A DNA stretch of 64,000 nt, from NCBI GenBank assembly GCA_013239625.1, contig MU053881.1, positions 10,902,873 to 10,966,872 of the forward strand. The letters run 5' to 3'. Under the pieces are notes generated by a model, which worked only from the letters and a program-made list of their open reading frames with translations, was not told the origin of the DNA and did not search any database. Positions 1 to 12,252 of this stretch are shown here, piece by piece. Source of the DNA: Lama guanicoe (taxonomy: Eukaryota). How positions within the stretch are numbered: the first letter of the stretch is position 1; every line of letters starts with the position of its first letter. Both the position numbers and the translations under genes were made by a program.

Positions 1-2700
1 TTTCTTTTTACAGACTTTGAAATGCTTCATGAACATTGGTTGAAAAGATCTGCTTTTCACCCACTGCATTCCTTTAAGGCTTTGTTCAAATTTTGTTCTG
101 ATACTTATTTTTAATATAATTCTATACTGATCAGAGAAAATACTCTGAATGAATTAAATCCTTCGAAATTGATTTAAAAATTCTGTATGACATATAATAA
201 GATCTATTTCATGAAAAATATAAAGTGTATTTTAAAGAAAATGTGTATTTTGTTGATATTGATTAGACTTATCTATGAATGTCAATTAGTTTAAGTTGTT
301 TGATAATCTGTCAAGTTGATTGTTTAAATCTATCCTGACTTTCTGTCACCTTCCTTTATCGATTTATTTTACAGAGATCTGAGGTATCTGAGTGTGAATT
401 TATCCTTAGTTTCAGCCAGTATCTGTTTTTATGTATTCTGATTCTCTTTTATTCGGTACATGTATATTTAGGGTTGCTATGTCTTCTTGATAAATTGTAA
501 GTGTAATCCTGAATAAATATTCCTCTATTTTGCTGGTAACATGCATTATCTTGTGGTTTACCATTTTTCACATTTACTATTCACATAGAATTTATTTTTC
601 CATCCTTTCACTTCTACTCTGTCCCCTTATATTTAAATTTTGTGTGTGGGGGTTTACTTTCGTTTACTATGTGAATTACTGTTTTAATTGGAAAGTTTTG
701 TCAATTAGCATTTAATATAATTAGTGAAGTGGCTGATTTGTCTACCATCTGTTATATTTTCTCCATTTTTCTTCTCTTCATTTGTTTTTTCTTCCTTTCC
801 CGCCTTTTTCTGATTAGACAAGTATTTTTTTGGTGTTCAGTTTTTATATTCTCTACTGACTTACTTATTAGGTATACCTTTTTGTTATAATTTTTTGTGC
901 TTTCTATAAGGATTAAAGTATACCTTAAATAGTATCTACATCACATATAATCTTCAAAGTGTACAACAACAACATGTTATTCACCACCATCCAGCTCTTT
1001 GTGATATTAGTGTGTATGTTTATTTTACATATATTTTTAAATCTGAAGCATATTGCTGTCATATTGCGTGTTCTTTTTTTAATAAATCACTTTTATTTAC
1101 CTACATATTTACAGTTTTGTGTATTCTTTATTCCTTCATGTAGATCTGAGATTCCTTCTGATAAATCGATTTCTCATTCTCTTACCCTGAGGAAACAACT
1201 TCCTTTAATATTTCCTTAGTAAAGTTCTGCTTATAATAAGTTTTTCAGGTTTAGCTTGTACAAAAAAGTATTTGTTTCACCATTATCTTTAAAGGATATT
1301 ACCTATAGGATGACCCTTCTATGTGGCTTTTTTTCTCTCTGGCCCTCTAAAAAGATGATTCCATTATCTGCTGACTTACATTGTATCTGATATAAAGTCA
1401 GCAGTTTTTCATTGTTCTCCAATTATATAAAGCATCTTATATTTTCTGGCTGCTTTTGAGATCTTCCTGTTGTCTCTGATATTCCACATTTGACTATAGG
1501 GAAGTTTTCCTTGGATCTGCGTATTTCATATTTTTTCAGATTGGAAAGATCCCGCTGCTTTCTTCTGTTTCTTCAATGACATATGCATGAGACAACATGA
1601 CTTTTTTCTTCATAAGTCACTATCACACATTTCTTTTTTCTAGTTTTTTTTTTAAATGTGCTTTTTTAGTTTGTTTCATTTCTTCTGGCATGCCTTTACA
1701 ATCTATTGAACTTTTCCTTCTCTACTCTCTAATCTACAGTTGAGCTGTACATAAAAATGTTCACTTCTTGAATGCCAATGTGGTACAGTCTCACATTTTT
1801 CATTGCTCAGTTGAATTTCTCCATTTGTCATTCATTTTGTACACTTTTTCACTAAAGTACAGAAAAGTTCCATAACAGCTGTTTTAAAATTCTTGTCTGC
1901 TAATTTCAACAGATGTGGAATCCCTGGTGGTATTCTACCAACTGATTTTTCTCATAGTTATGGGTCATCTTCTCTTTTTTTTTTCAGTGAAGGGGAAAAG
2001 GGAATGATTACTCATTTTAGAGGTATTCTCAATATTGTGGGTCACTATTTTTAGAGTCTAAATTGTGTTTTCATTTTTTAACTTACTGAGTTATACAGTT
2101 TAATTCCATTGGAACTTTATTTTAAGCTTTGTTACAGAGAGTTTAAAGTAAGCTTACTGCAAAGTTTGGCCTTTCTGAGGGAATCAATAGAATATTTGGT
2201 GAGTTCAGAAAGGTTTCTCCACTACTGATTATATGTAACCAGTGTGTCCTATCATTGTGTCATTTCTCAAGTTTTCTTCAGCTCACAGACCTTCAACAGC
2301 TGTTCTCTGCCAAGCCTTCCAGTGCTTTACCACATGCACATATTAGTATTTGGCTAAATGCAAAGTGGAACTTTACGCAGATTTCTGAGACTTCTTCTCT
2401 GCACAAATATCTTGTCTCAGTCCATAAATTCCAGCACCTCAGTAACCCCAAACTCTGATTTCTACTTTTTCCAGGCCGTGAGATCCTTGGTTTCTATTTG
2501 AGCTCTGTTCCCTTAGGTCACATTTAAGAAAGTACCATGTAAAAACTTGGAATGTAAGTTGAACCTATCTTTTGCATTTCCCTTTACACAAAGATCTCTC
2601 CCATGTATGGCTTATTATCCAGTATCTGAATATAATGGTCTTACACATATTATACAATTTCACAGTGTATGTGGAGGCAAGTCTAATAACCATTACTCCA
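1..2700 (-). mobile_element. Ancient degraded L1 (L1M-type), ORF2 5' region to ORF1/5' region; runs off the left edge
   Basis: T-rich plus strand with L1M antisense-like motifs (e.g. atgtgtattttgttgatattg...tgtcaattagtttaagttgtttgata, tgatataaagtcagcagtt, tctggctgcttttgagatctt); no intact ORF; right boundary approximate. Confidence 0.7.
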
Positions 2701-3160
2701 TCATAGTTCAAATTAGAAATATCCATGACATCCTAATAATTTTGGCATCATTTATGTCATTAGACACTTGACAAAAATTCTGACCTCTTCTTTGACTACT
2801 GAAGTTGCTCTTTAGTACAATTGCTTCTTTGAAATAAAGCTCAATGTTGTGTATAAGCTGTACTAAATATACTTTCTAAATAAATGAGAGGCATATAATG
2901 ATTTTTGCATGTGGGGAAAATTACAAATTAAAATTATTTGTATAGAGTCCCTAAAAACAGAGAATATGGTATGGCCTGTCCTTCCTGATCACTATTTGGC
3001 AATTGAAACAACTCAATGCCATACAATTTTTTAAAAAGAATAATGTGTGAATGGTAAGACCATTAAGGGAATCAATGCAGCTACTGGTGATTCATTGTTA
3101 ACCACATTCAAACCTATGGGTAAATTTATCAAGTGAAATAAAAATTTAGTGGTTTAATTT

Positions 3161-3740
3161 GAAAAGATTCATGCACCCAATGTTCACAGCAGCGCTATTT
3201 ACAATAGCTAAAACATGGAAGCAACCTAAATGTCCATCAACAGATAATTGGATAAAGAAGCTGTGGTATATTTATACAATGGAATACTACTAAGCCATAA
3301 AAATAAAATAATGCCATTTGCAGCAACATGGATGGACTTGGAGATTGTCATTTTAGGTGAAGTAAGCCAGAAAGAGAAAGAAAAATGCCATATCACATCA
3401 TTTATATGTGGGATCTAAAAAAAGACAAATGAACTTATTTATAAAACAGAAACAGACTCACAGACATAGAAAACAAACTTACGGTTACCAGAGGGGAAGG
3501 GAGTGGGGAGGGATAAATTGGGAGTTTGAAATTTGCAGATACTAACTACTACAGCTGAAAATAGATAAACAACAAGTTTGTACTGAGTAGCATAGGAATT
3601 ATATTCAATATCTGGTAGCAACCTATAATGAGAAATAATATGAAAATGAATATATGTATGTGCATGTATGACTGAACTCTTATGCTGTACACCAGAAACT
3701 GACACAACATTGTAAACTGACTATACTTCAATAAAAAAAA
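3161..3740 (+). mobile_element. 5'-truncated L1: ORF2 C-terminus, 3' UTR and poly(A)
   Basis: atgcacccaatgttcacagcagc...tttgcagcaacatggatggac matches the ORF2 end of the L1 at 21.9-22.2 kb; the 3' UTR ends tatacttcAATAAAaaaaaa. Confidence 0.92.
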
Positions 3741-4019
3741 TAGAGGTTTATATGTCTTTATTGCCTGCATGATGTATATAAAAAATGAAATGTCTGAATC
3801 ATTGATATTCATTGGCTGAGTAAAGAAAATGAACTTGAGAACTCACAGGGTGAGAATAATATCCATTTCTGTAATCAATGAATCATTTCTTATCCCATGT
3901 TTCAATTACTGTTCAGCAAGAATTTAAAGAATTTGTGAAGTGGAGTACTGATAATACAATCTAATCCTGTCATTTTAGAAAGAAGAAAACTAGTGTCAGA
4001 GAGAGGGCACAGAATGGGA

Positions 4020-4190
4020 GGAACAGGAACTTTGGGGTGAGACATGTCTAATACTGAATATTGACTCTACTATGTAACAGCTATATGGTATGAGACAAGT
4101 TATTTAATATCTTTGAAGTTCAGTTTCCTCATCCCTTAAATATGTATAGCAGTTAAACTTAACAGAATTATTATGAAGAATAATATTCAA
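4020..4190 (+). mobile_element. MIR SINE
   Basis: Core acaagttatttaatatctttgaagttcagtttcctcatc. Confidence 0.7.
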
Positions 4191-4511
4191 AAACTTGCAA
4201 TTCACCTATGAAAACTGCAAATTTTTAAAAATTGTATTTCCATTCCATTTTATTTGTCCAAAGACATCACAAGCAATCGACAGCTCTACAATCAGGCCCA
4301 TGTTCTTTATGTATTCACACTATACTTCACAAAGGACACTATTCATTCCTACTTAGCATCTCACCTACAGAGAATACAGACCACTTATATACTTACAATT
4401 TTGCATGGGTATGAACAGAAAATAACATTATACAGTGAAACTGCAAAAAAGTTTGTTAAAAGGAAATTTTCTAGTACTTTTCAAAGGACCTACTGCTACT
4501 TTTTTATCATT

Positions 4512-4646
4512 TATTTTTCATGTCTGATTAATGAGAAACTTTTGAAACAATTTAATCTATCCAGGGATGAGAATGCTAGTTTCTATTTTTCAAGCTTGAT
4601 TACAGAAGAACTTCTAAAGCATTTTAATCTGTTCAGGGATGCTAAA
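4512..4646. repeat. Diverged tandem duplication, 72-bp period
   Basis: tatttttca...tttaatctatccagggatg at 4512 and tatttttca...tttaatctgttcagggatg at 4584. Confidence 0.85.
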
Positions 4647-5156
4647 CAAATATGTCAACACTCATTTTGCATTTATGTCTGCAGGAGTTAAAGGAAGAAA
4701 TGTGGAAATAAACAGAATTTAGAATTTGTCCTCTCTCTAGTGCATTTCATTTTTTATATACAGAATTTGAGCTCTTAACTGAGACAAATGTATCTCAGAC
4801 TGAAGTTTTTAGTAGCTTTACCAAGCAGTTTATGGGTTGGCACTCTGCCACAAAGTGATCTATAACCTTACAGTTCACCATTACGCAAATACAAATTTGG
4901 CAAGAAGACATGTGTTGTAAGATTTTCTCTAAGGACAATCACATACATCAAATTTGAATGCAAAATTACGTTTGACATTTAATTTGAACTTGGCTTACTC
5001 TTAAAAATAAATTATATAAAATCTGTCCTGTAGTACTTTGGTTGAGACAAGTGCTTGTTTGTTTGTTTTTCCCTATATTTCTGCTTTCGTCCTTTATACC
5101 TGCAGTACCTATTACATATGATGCATATACCTATATATATGTTTATGCCTCCTAGG

Positions 5157-5159
<3 letters not shown>

Positions 5160-5188
<29 letters not shown>
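5160..5188. repeat. (CA)14 microsatellite
   Basis: Read directly. Confidence 0.97.
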
Positions 5189-5196
<8 letters not shown>

Positions 5197-6289
5197 TAAT
5201 TTGGAAGCTTCTCTTGAGAGAAACAAAACATTGTTTCAGAAAATAGTTATCTGTTAAAAATATATATTTGACATCAGTAAACATATTCCAAATTGTTAAA
5301 ATTCATATATCCAACCTTAATTTTATAATTAATTTCACAAAATGAGGCTGACAAGTTCACATGCACTCAAACATGTTTTACAGAGAATTAAAATTACTGG
5401 AGAATGACAGATGAAACGTAATCAAGATTGGATGTGCATAATTAATCTGGGAAAGGTTAGTTTGGGAAAAAACATTTTCCTTGCCGTCTTCTAAAAGTTA
5501 GCAAACAGAGGTCAGTGTCACAGCTGTCAGAGCCATTTCCCATCACTCTTGTCTCTCCTGAGCTAGTCTGATGCAGATACAAGCCACTGTCAAATCTCAG
5601 TGATATCAAATCAAGCTGAACAATAGTTTCAATGTCTGAAAAATATGCTAAATACATGTGGACTCTTAACAGTTTTCCTAACAATCAAGCAAATACCTGA
5701 CAAACTTCATTTCAATGAGCTGGAAAAATCAGCACACACATTAAGCAAGATGTATTACTTAAAATCCATGACAAGTTTGTAGGTTGTTCTGCATTGTATT
5801 GGGACTTTCACTATCAGATTAAACGGCAAATGAATCACCTCCAAAGAATCCAGTGAGTCTGCAACATAGAATAATCAAATGTACAATATATGAAATAAAA
5901 TCTCTCATATTTTAATCATATGCTAAGTGACAGCAGCAGGTAGAGGTGGACCTGTGTTTATCAAAGTGTTTTCTCAGTGTGTTGGGAGGAAAGCTGCAGC
6001 ATATTGTGACATATTATTTAGTCTCTAGACTCTGCCTGCCACACACCAAGTAAAATTCACTATATTGCCAACTTCTCTTGGATCGGCACTCATGAAGGCA
6101 GTTGAGGGCACTTTGTGAAGGCATGACATTTAGTATAGTTTAAATGATTTCAAAAAGCCAATCCAAAAATATATTCTCTGCTTACCACGTTGGAATTGAC
6201 ATTACCATTATTCCTTAGTCTTTGTGGTAAGTCATTCACCTTTCTAGCTACCCATGCTTCCAGCTACACAACCAAACATCCACCTACCC

Positions 6290-6620
6290 ATTAGGACATA
6301 CACCTATTTATGCCAGAAAACATTTATTCACGTACATAGTCATTCCTTTTTTAAAAATGCAGCAAAAATTGTGAAGTATGCTATCATAATGAGGGATATA
6401 GCATTTTAAAAACAAAAACAAAACAAAGTCCCTGCCCTCATGAAACTTAAAGTCTAAGAGAATAGGAGAGTATTTAGGTATTAAAGAAAAAAATCACAAT
6501 GGGATATGTTCAATGAAATAAGACATACAGGCACTGAGAGTTTTTATGAGATAGATAGTCTGGGTAGAACTTCTTGAGAAAGAGATGTCTTAAGCTCAGG
6601 TCAAGAAGATGGCTACATAG
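6290..6620 (-). mobile_element. L2 LINE 3' fragment
   Basis: aaagtccctgccctcatgaaacttaaagtcta and ttcttgagaaagagatgtcttaagct are typical antisense L2. Confidence 0.65.
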
Positions 6621-6689
6621 GAACCAAGTTCAAGTGGTGGAGAGCAGAGAGGAGGAAGACAGTGAAGTTGTGTTAATTTTCCAAATGGC

Positions 6690-6900
6690 ATATAATAATA
6701 GCATCAATATTGATGGAAGTTTTCTATATACCTGGTAATACATTATACAAAGTATCTTCCTTAATTACTGAAACAAATTATAGCAATCTTTGTTTTTATA
6801 AATAAAAATAGGTGCAGAGATACTGTATTTCCAAGGTCACAAAGCTAATGCTGAATTCTAACCATGGCCTGAATAACCACAAAACCATACTCCTTACCAC
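6690..6900 (-). mobile_element. MIR SINE
   Basis: ttccaaggtcacaaagcta...aaccatactccttaccact. Confidence 0.6.
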
Positions 6901-7744
6901 TGACCTCTATTAAATGAGTCACAATAGTAAGCTATCCTAAACACCCAAATCCAGGATTTCTCTGGCTTTTCCTTTGATCATCTGGCAGATTCTAAACTCA
7001 TGCATTTCTGAGGTTGGAGTACTATGCCCTAGAAAGGAGGTGCTGGTGAACGCCTGCTCCACTGTGGTATAATATACTGTGGAGGAGGTTGCAGGGATTA
7101 ATATGGGTTTTGAGGGAAGGTTAGTATGAGGGTTTCATGCTGCAGGGATAGAATGAGTTTCAGAGAAGTAGCAGTCACAAAACAAAGCACAAAATAATAA
7201 AACATAACAATATTGACTTAACTGTTTTGCCTTTAAGCATACCTGCTTCTTAAATTTAGGCCATTTTCATGAAAACTAGTTGGTACTCTGACATACTTAG
7301 TGAGATAAACTATAACATTTTCCACACTAACTTAAACATTTCAAGGATGTGATATTTTACATTACACCAAACATGTACAAAGTATTTTAGGAGAACACCT
7401 AATGTGTATAAAGAATTCACAGAATAGATTTACACGATACTGATGTAACAATAGCTTTACCTATAGATACAGACAAACAGACTAGGTGATGTCACAATCT
7501 ACACAGACACCAGCAGCGCAAGGTAATAAGGGGAGATGCCATAACCCGGCTGGAATTTTGACTCTTTTAGTTTCTAATGTTTAACTTCAGACCAATCATA
7601 TCATCTCACTGAGCTTCAGTTTTCGTGATTGTAAAGTGTAAATATCAGTTCCTACCTGGAAGGGTTTAGTGAAAAGTGGCAATAGATGTAAGGAAAAGAG
7701 TTCAGCATCCATTATTCTTATAACATTTCTTTCTCTCTCACCCA

Positions 7745-8565
7745 TATGTATCTAGAGTATTTACAGAACTCCTAAAATTCAATAGAAGACAACTGATCTA
7801 ATAAAAATATGGAAATGTATATATATGAACAAGAAATTTATAATAGGAGAAATACAAATGACTCATAAGCAATTTGAAAAAGTGCAAATTAAAACAATGA
7901 AATACCTGAAAGAGTGAAAATATCTAATGCTGACAAAGATGTAAGGAAATTAGCTCTCACATACCTGGAAACCAACATTTAATTATCTATCAAAATTTTA
8001 AAAGTGTATTCTCTTTTACTCAGTAATTCTGCTTGTAAATTTCTAACAGAAAATCTTATAATTTAGACATATACAAAAATATTTATTTTTCCTATTATTT
8101 ATATAAAAAAGGAAGCATTCTAAATTTCATCAATAGAATACTGCTTTAACAATGCTTTAACAAAGTGTCTACAATGCAGGATAGTATTCATAAGTCTGAA
8201 ACAGATGTGCAGATATTATCTATTTGTCTATCTACCAGATGTAAAGATACTATCTATTTGTCTGTCTATTTTTCCACAAGATAAATGAAACTGAAAAAAG
8301 TGTGAAACCATTATTTAAGAACATTTATGTGAAAACTTAGATTCACATACATACACACAAACACAAAAACAGATACACAAAATCCCAAACTACACTTCTG
8401 AAAGTATACTTCTGTAAATGCATTGTAAAAAAGAGTGTTTTTATCACACGGAGAATGCAAGAAATAAACAAAAAAATAAATCTAACTCTTTTGAAATGAA
8501 GTAAAATTTACAGTGATGTGGGTGAAGAAGGTACTTCACTTTTTACTCTAATATTTTTTAATGTT
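7745..8565 (+). mobile_element. Ancient L1 (L1ME-like) 3' region
   Basis: tatctagagtatttacagaactcctaaaattcaa...tgcaaattaaaacaatgaaatacc are degraded ORF2 3' motifs. Confidence 0.65.
8202..8269. repeat. 34-bp tandem duplication
   Basis: cagatgtgcagatattatctatttgtctatctac / cagatgtaaagatactatctatttgtctgtctat. Confidence 0.9.
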
Positions 8566-8581
8566 AAAAGAAGAATATTAA

Positions 8582-8666
8582 ATGCATGGCTGGGACATTG
8601 TGCTGTACACCAGAAATTGACACTTTGTAACTGACTGTACTTCAATGAAAAATAAATTTTTTTTAA
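8582..8666 (+). mobile_element. Very short L1 3' tail insertion with 16-bp TSD
   Basis: tgtgctgtacaccagaaattgacac...tacttcaat; TSD aaaagaagaata(t/g)taa at 8566-8581 and 8667-8682; TT/AAAA site. Confidence 0.9.
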
Positions 8667-11600
8667 AAAAGAAGAATAGTAAGTAATACTTTTGTGATTT
8701 ACAAAAATAGATTCTGGATCTTTCTAGAATTTTGCTATAATGTTGAGAGGAAGCAGGCTTGTAAGTTAGGAGTTGTAAAGGTTCAACTGAGCTTAGACAG
8801 GAACTGTGAATACCAAAATTTATTCACGGTACTTAACATTCTTGTAGCTCACTTCTTATTTTTTTCAAATAAATAAAGCACTTCAAAATATAAAGACACA
8901 ATGTGAATTAAACTATTAGCAGTCTTTTAGTATCTTTATCATTATTGTTAGCGAGATTTTAAAATGGTAATGAGGCATAGTACTGTATATTTAACAATCA
9001 CCCTAAATTTTAGAATCTATTTGTAAATAGAATCAGTATTCTTGAGTTGACAAATTATATCCTGAACAAGGGGCTATAAAAACATATGATAAAAGCTGCA
9101 CTTCTGAGTGAAATGTTATCTCTGGTGATTATTATGAAATTAGAAGATGCCTACTTCTTAATCATGTGTTATTGTAATTAAAATCCTCTTTTTCACACAT
9201 CTCTATCTTTTGTCATTTAGGCTCAAAATTGGAAACATTGCTTGTTTTTCGTGGTTTCAGCCTTCCAGAGATGCTCTGAAGATGAATTTCACCTTCTATT
9301 ATGCAAGAGAAAACAACTTTGGTATTTCAATCAAAATCTGCATTATTTCCTTTTAGGAAAATGTTTAGTGTTTTCCATTTCATCCATTTGACTCTGCACT
9401 ACTTGAAGGCAAGTACGAAGTCTTCGCTGTCTTTCAATTCCTGACACTTGGCTTAGTGTCTGATACTTGCTGTATGTTAGCTGAATAAATGCCGTAACCA
9501 AGATTCAATGACTAAAAACCAAGGCTAAGGATCTTAGAATCTGGAGTCATAAAACTAACATTAGAACCCTGGACTTACTGCTTATAAGGTAGGCTATAAT
9601 CAGGTTATGAAACCTGCCTGTCTACTTCCTCATCTAACTTAACAGATAGTTTCTGGTGAGACTAAATGAGGCAACCAAATAAGATTGTTTATATATTTAA
9701 GGTGATTATATGTCTGGGCAAAGGGGATTCATAAGTACACAAGTCAGAGAGAGTTCCTAGCCCAGTGGAGCTACATTTCAACAGAGGAAATAGGCATTAA
9801 TAAAATAATTACATGACTGATTACAAAAAGAAGTGCAGGGAATCTAAAATTTTTAATTTCCTTAATGATGTAAACTTAAAGGACAAAATATGAAGTATGA
9901 GTGAGGTTTATCAAGGGAAGAGTAGGGGGATACACAGAGAAGACCAGTGCATACCACGGGTATAGCATTTTCAAGGTTAGGTGAGGAAGGAAGGTAGTTA
10001 GATGAATTGATAGGGGCTCGATTTAGCATCAGACAACATACAGAAGACTCTTGGCAGAAGATCAGGTGTATGGTAGATACTCAGTAAGTTAGAAAGAAGA
10101 CAGGGAAAAGGATGACAATGATGATGATAAAAAATTTTCTGAGAAAAAATGTTTCAATGAGTCATTTTTAGCATAAAATATTAGAAATTCAAATAACTAT
10201 AAAAAGCATTTCATCTAAAAGCACATGGGTGCTCAAAACGATGTAATATTGTTAATTATTATCATTGGCTATTTTGAATTCTACATTACTTTGTGTGGCT
10301 GGGAGTGTTCCTACTCAACTGTTACCTATGCATATAATGGTAAAATGGCAAATTAGTTGCAGTATCAGCATAGCAAATCTCCGATACTAGTTAGTTTTAA
10401 GCTGAACAGAAAGTGTCATATAAAATGTCTAAGCTACCACCCATTTGATCTTGTTAACCAAGGTCCATGATTGTAGATCTGTCACCTTAAATATGTAGTC
10501 ACCTATACGTTAAACAAATGAAGACCGAGATGTGTAGCAGCTTCCCCAAGCACCCAAACTGCAAGCCAACAGATCACGATTTACAGCACTTGAAGCAAAG
10601 TTTCTCTGAAATCTATGCTTTGCTTTAATCATATGCTTTTTCAAGTTGCAACTTATCCAGGGGGGGAAAAAAGTTGGGTTACATATTCACTACCCAGTCC
10701 TGCATAATAAGGAAAATGGTAATTATCTAACAGCATGTTCACATTTTCTACTAGTTGGCAAGTATAGAATTCTGGCTGCTATCACTTCTCCAATAGGTAT
10801 TGGAGTTTTACACATTTGTTATCAGCACAGAATTTGCCTTGTCTAGTTGTACTGCCTACATATTCCACTGTTCCAGGAGTCATTTAAGCATATAATAAAT
10901 TGAGTTTCAATGAGCTGGAACCTCCCGCTTCAGCCGATTTTTCAGCAAATTATTTTCCAGCTGTAGCTTCAGCAGGAGTTTTTCCCACTCTTGAAAAGAT
11001 GGCTGTAATGGCCACATATTTTACATGCCAATTCTAGAATCATTTTAATCAGCTAGTTATTATGCATTAAGTCAGTGATGAGCAAATTTTAAAAGAGTTC
11101 AAATCACTCTATGGATGTGGCAAGTATCTTTAATAGACTTTGTGTTTTGGCACTAACGCCTGATAGGACAAAAACAAGGCCAATAATATTCGGGGCTTTG
11201 CCCACAGATCAGGAAAAACACTGCTTTGCCATTTATAGTATACTTTTTTTTTTTGGCATCCTGATGTTCCAACAAACATCACTGGAGTATGAAGAAAGTA
11301 CTGATGTTTGAGGATCAGAAAATCCCAAATTTTGACTCTAGTTTAATCACTTGCATCTGTTCCCATTTAGACACAAGTTCTCTCTTGAAGGGAACAGATA
11401 TGAAGGGTATTCAAATCAATCAAACTGAGATGGACGCTGTGTTGTGGATCACTGGTTTATCCCACTTAGGATTCTATATATATACTTGGCAGTAGCCTAA
11501 GTGGAGATAAAGATTGTAGCTACATCTATATATCTATATATCTATATATCTCCATATAGATACAGCTATAATGTAGGTATGTCTATATCTACACATAAAG

Positions 11601-12050
11601 CTATGGCACATCTATCTGTCTACCTGTCCATCACTATCGATATGACTATATTTATACATAAAGTAACAATGTTAGGACATATCTGACCCTAGTTGTGTGT
11701 GGAAAGAGATACCAAGCACCTCACTGTGTACTGCTGTCATTTGTCTGCTATGGTTCTTCCCTTTCTTTTGATAGTATACCTTTTTTTTAATTTGAGAAAT
11801 TCTTCCCACTTCTAGGGGAACCCATTAGGAATGGCAGAGAAAAAATGGGAAATATAGGCAGAAATAAAGCAGAGTGTGCTTTTAAAAGTTTGCAGGTCTA
11901 TTGGAAGAAGTTGCAAGTAAGATCTATTTCAAGTAGGGAGTTGAAAGTTGCATTCAAGAGCTGGCAAACAGAGAAACATGAAAGGAAAACTGGTCAGATG
12001 CAACAGCTGGGATTTTTTTCTGTGGATGTGCTTTAGTTTTTACTGGGATT

Positions 12051-12123
12051 TTTTTTGTTTGTTTGTTTTTTAATTGAAGTATATTCAGTTTACAATGTGC
12101 CAATTTCTGGTACAGCATAATGT
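12051..12123 (-). mobile_element. L1 3' terminal tail (3' half of a chimeric insert)
   Basis: Reverse complement cattatgctgtaccagaaattggcacattgtaaactgaatatacttcaatt plus A-rich tail matches the L1 end at 3680-3740. Confidence 0.88.
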
Positions 12124-12252
12124 TATTATTTGCAGGAGAAGTAAGTAGGTTTATTTATTTATTTTAATGGAAGTACTGGGGATTGAACCCGGGACCTCGT
12201 GCATACTAAGCATGAGGTCTACCACTGACCTACATACCCTCTTCCCACCCTG
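12124..12252 (-). mobile_element. tRNA-derived SINE, camelid Vic-1-like
   Basis: Minus strand has A-box-like TAGGTCAGTGG (12222-12232), B-box GGTTCAATCCC (12179-12189), then cagtacttccatt(aaat)n aaacctacttac. Confidence 0.88.

Noticed and set aside
5457..5684. Minus-strand 75-aa ORF with an acceptor-like tttttcag
   Set aside because: No recognisable protein and no good donor
5710..10920. Exact 16-mer tttcaatgagctggaa at 5710-5725 and 10905-10920
   Set aside because: About one such match is expected by chance in 64 kb; no extended similarity
11515..11660. (TCTATA)n-like tract and overlapping ORF
   Set aside because: Degenerate simple repeat
12170..12245. tRNA-like A/B boxes
   Set aside because: SINE head with tail and TSD; no proper acceptor stem, so not a tRNA gene
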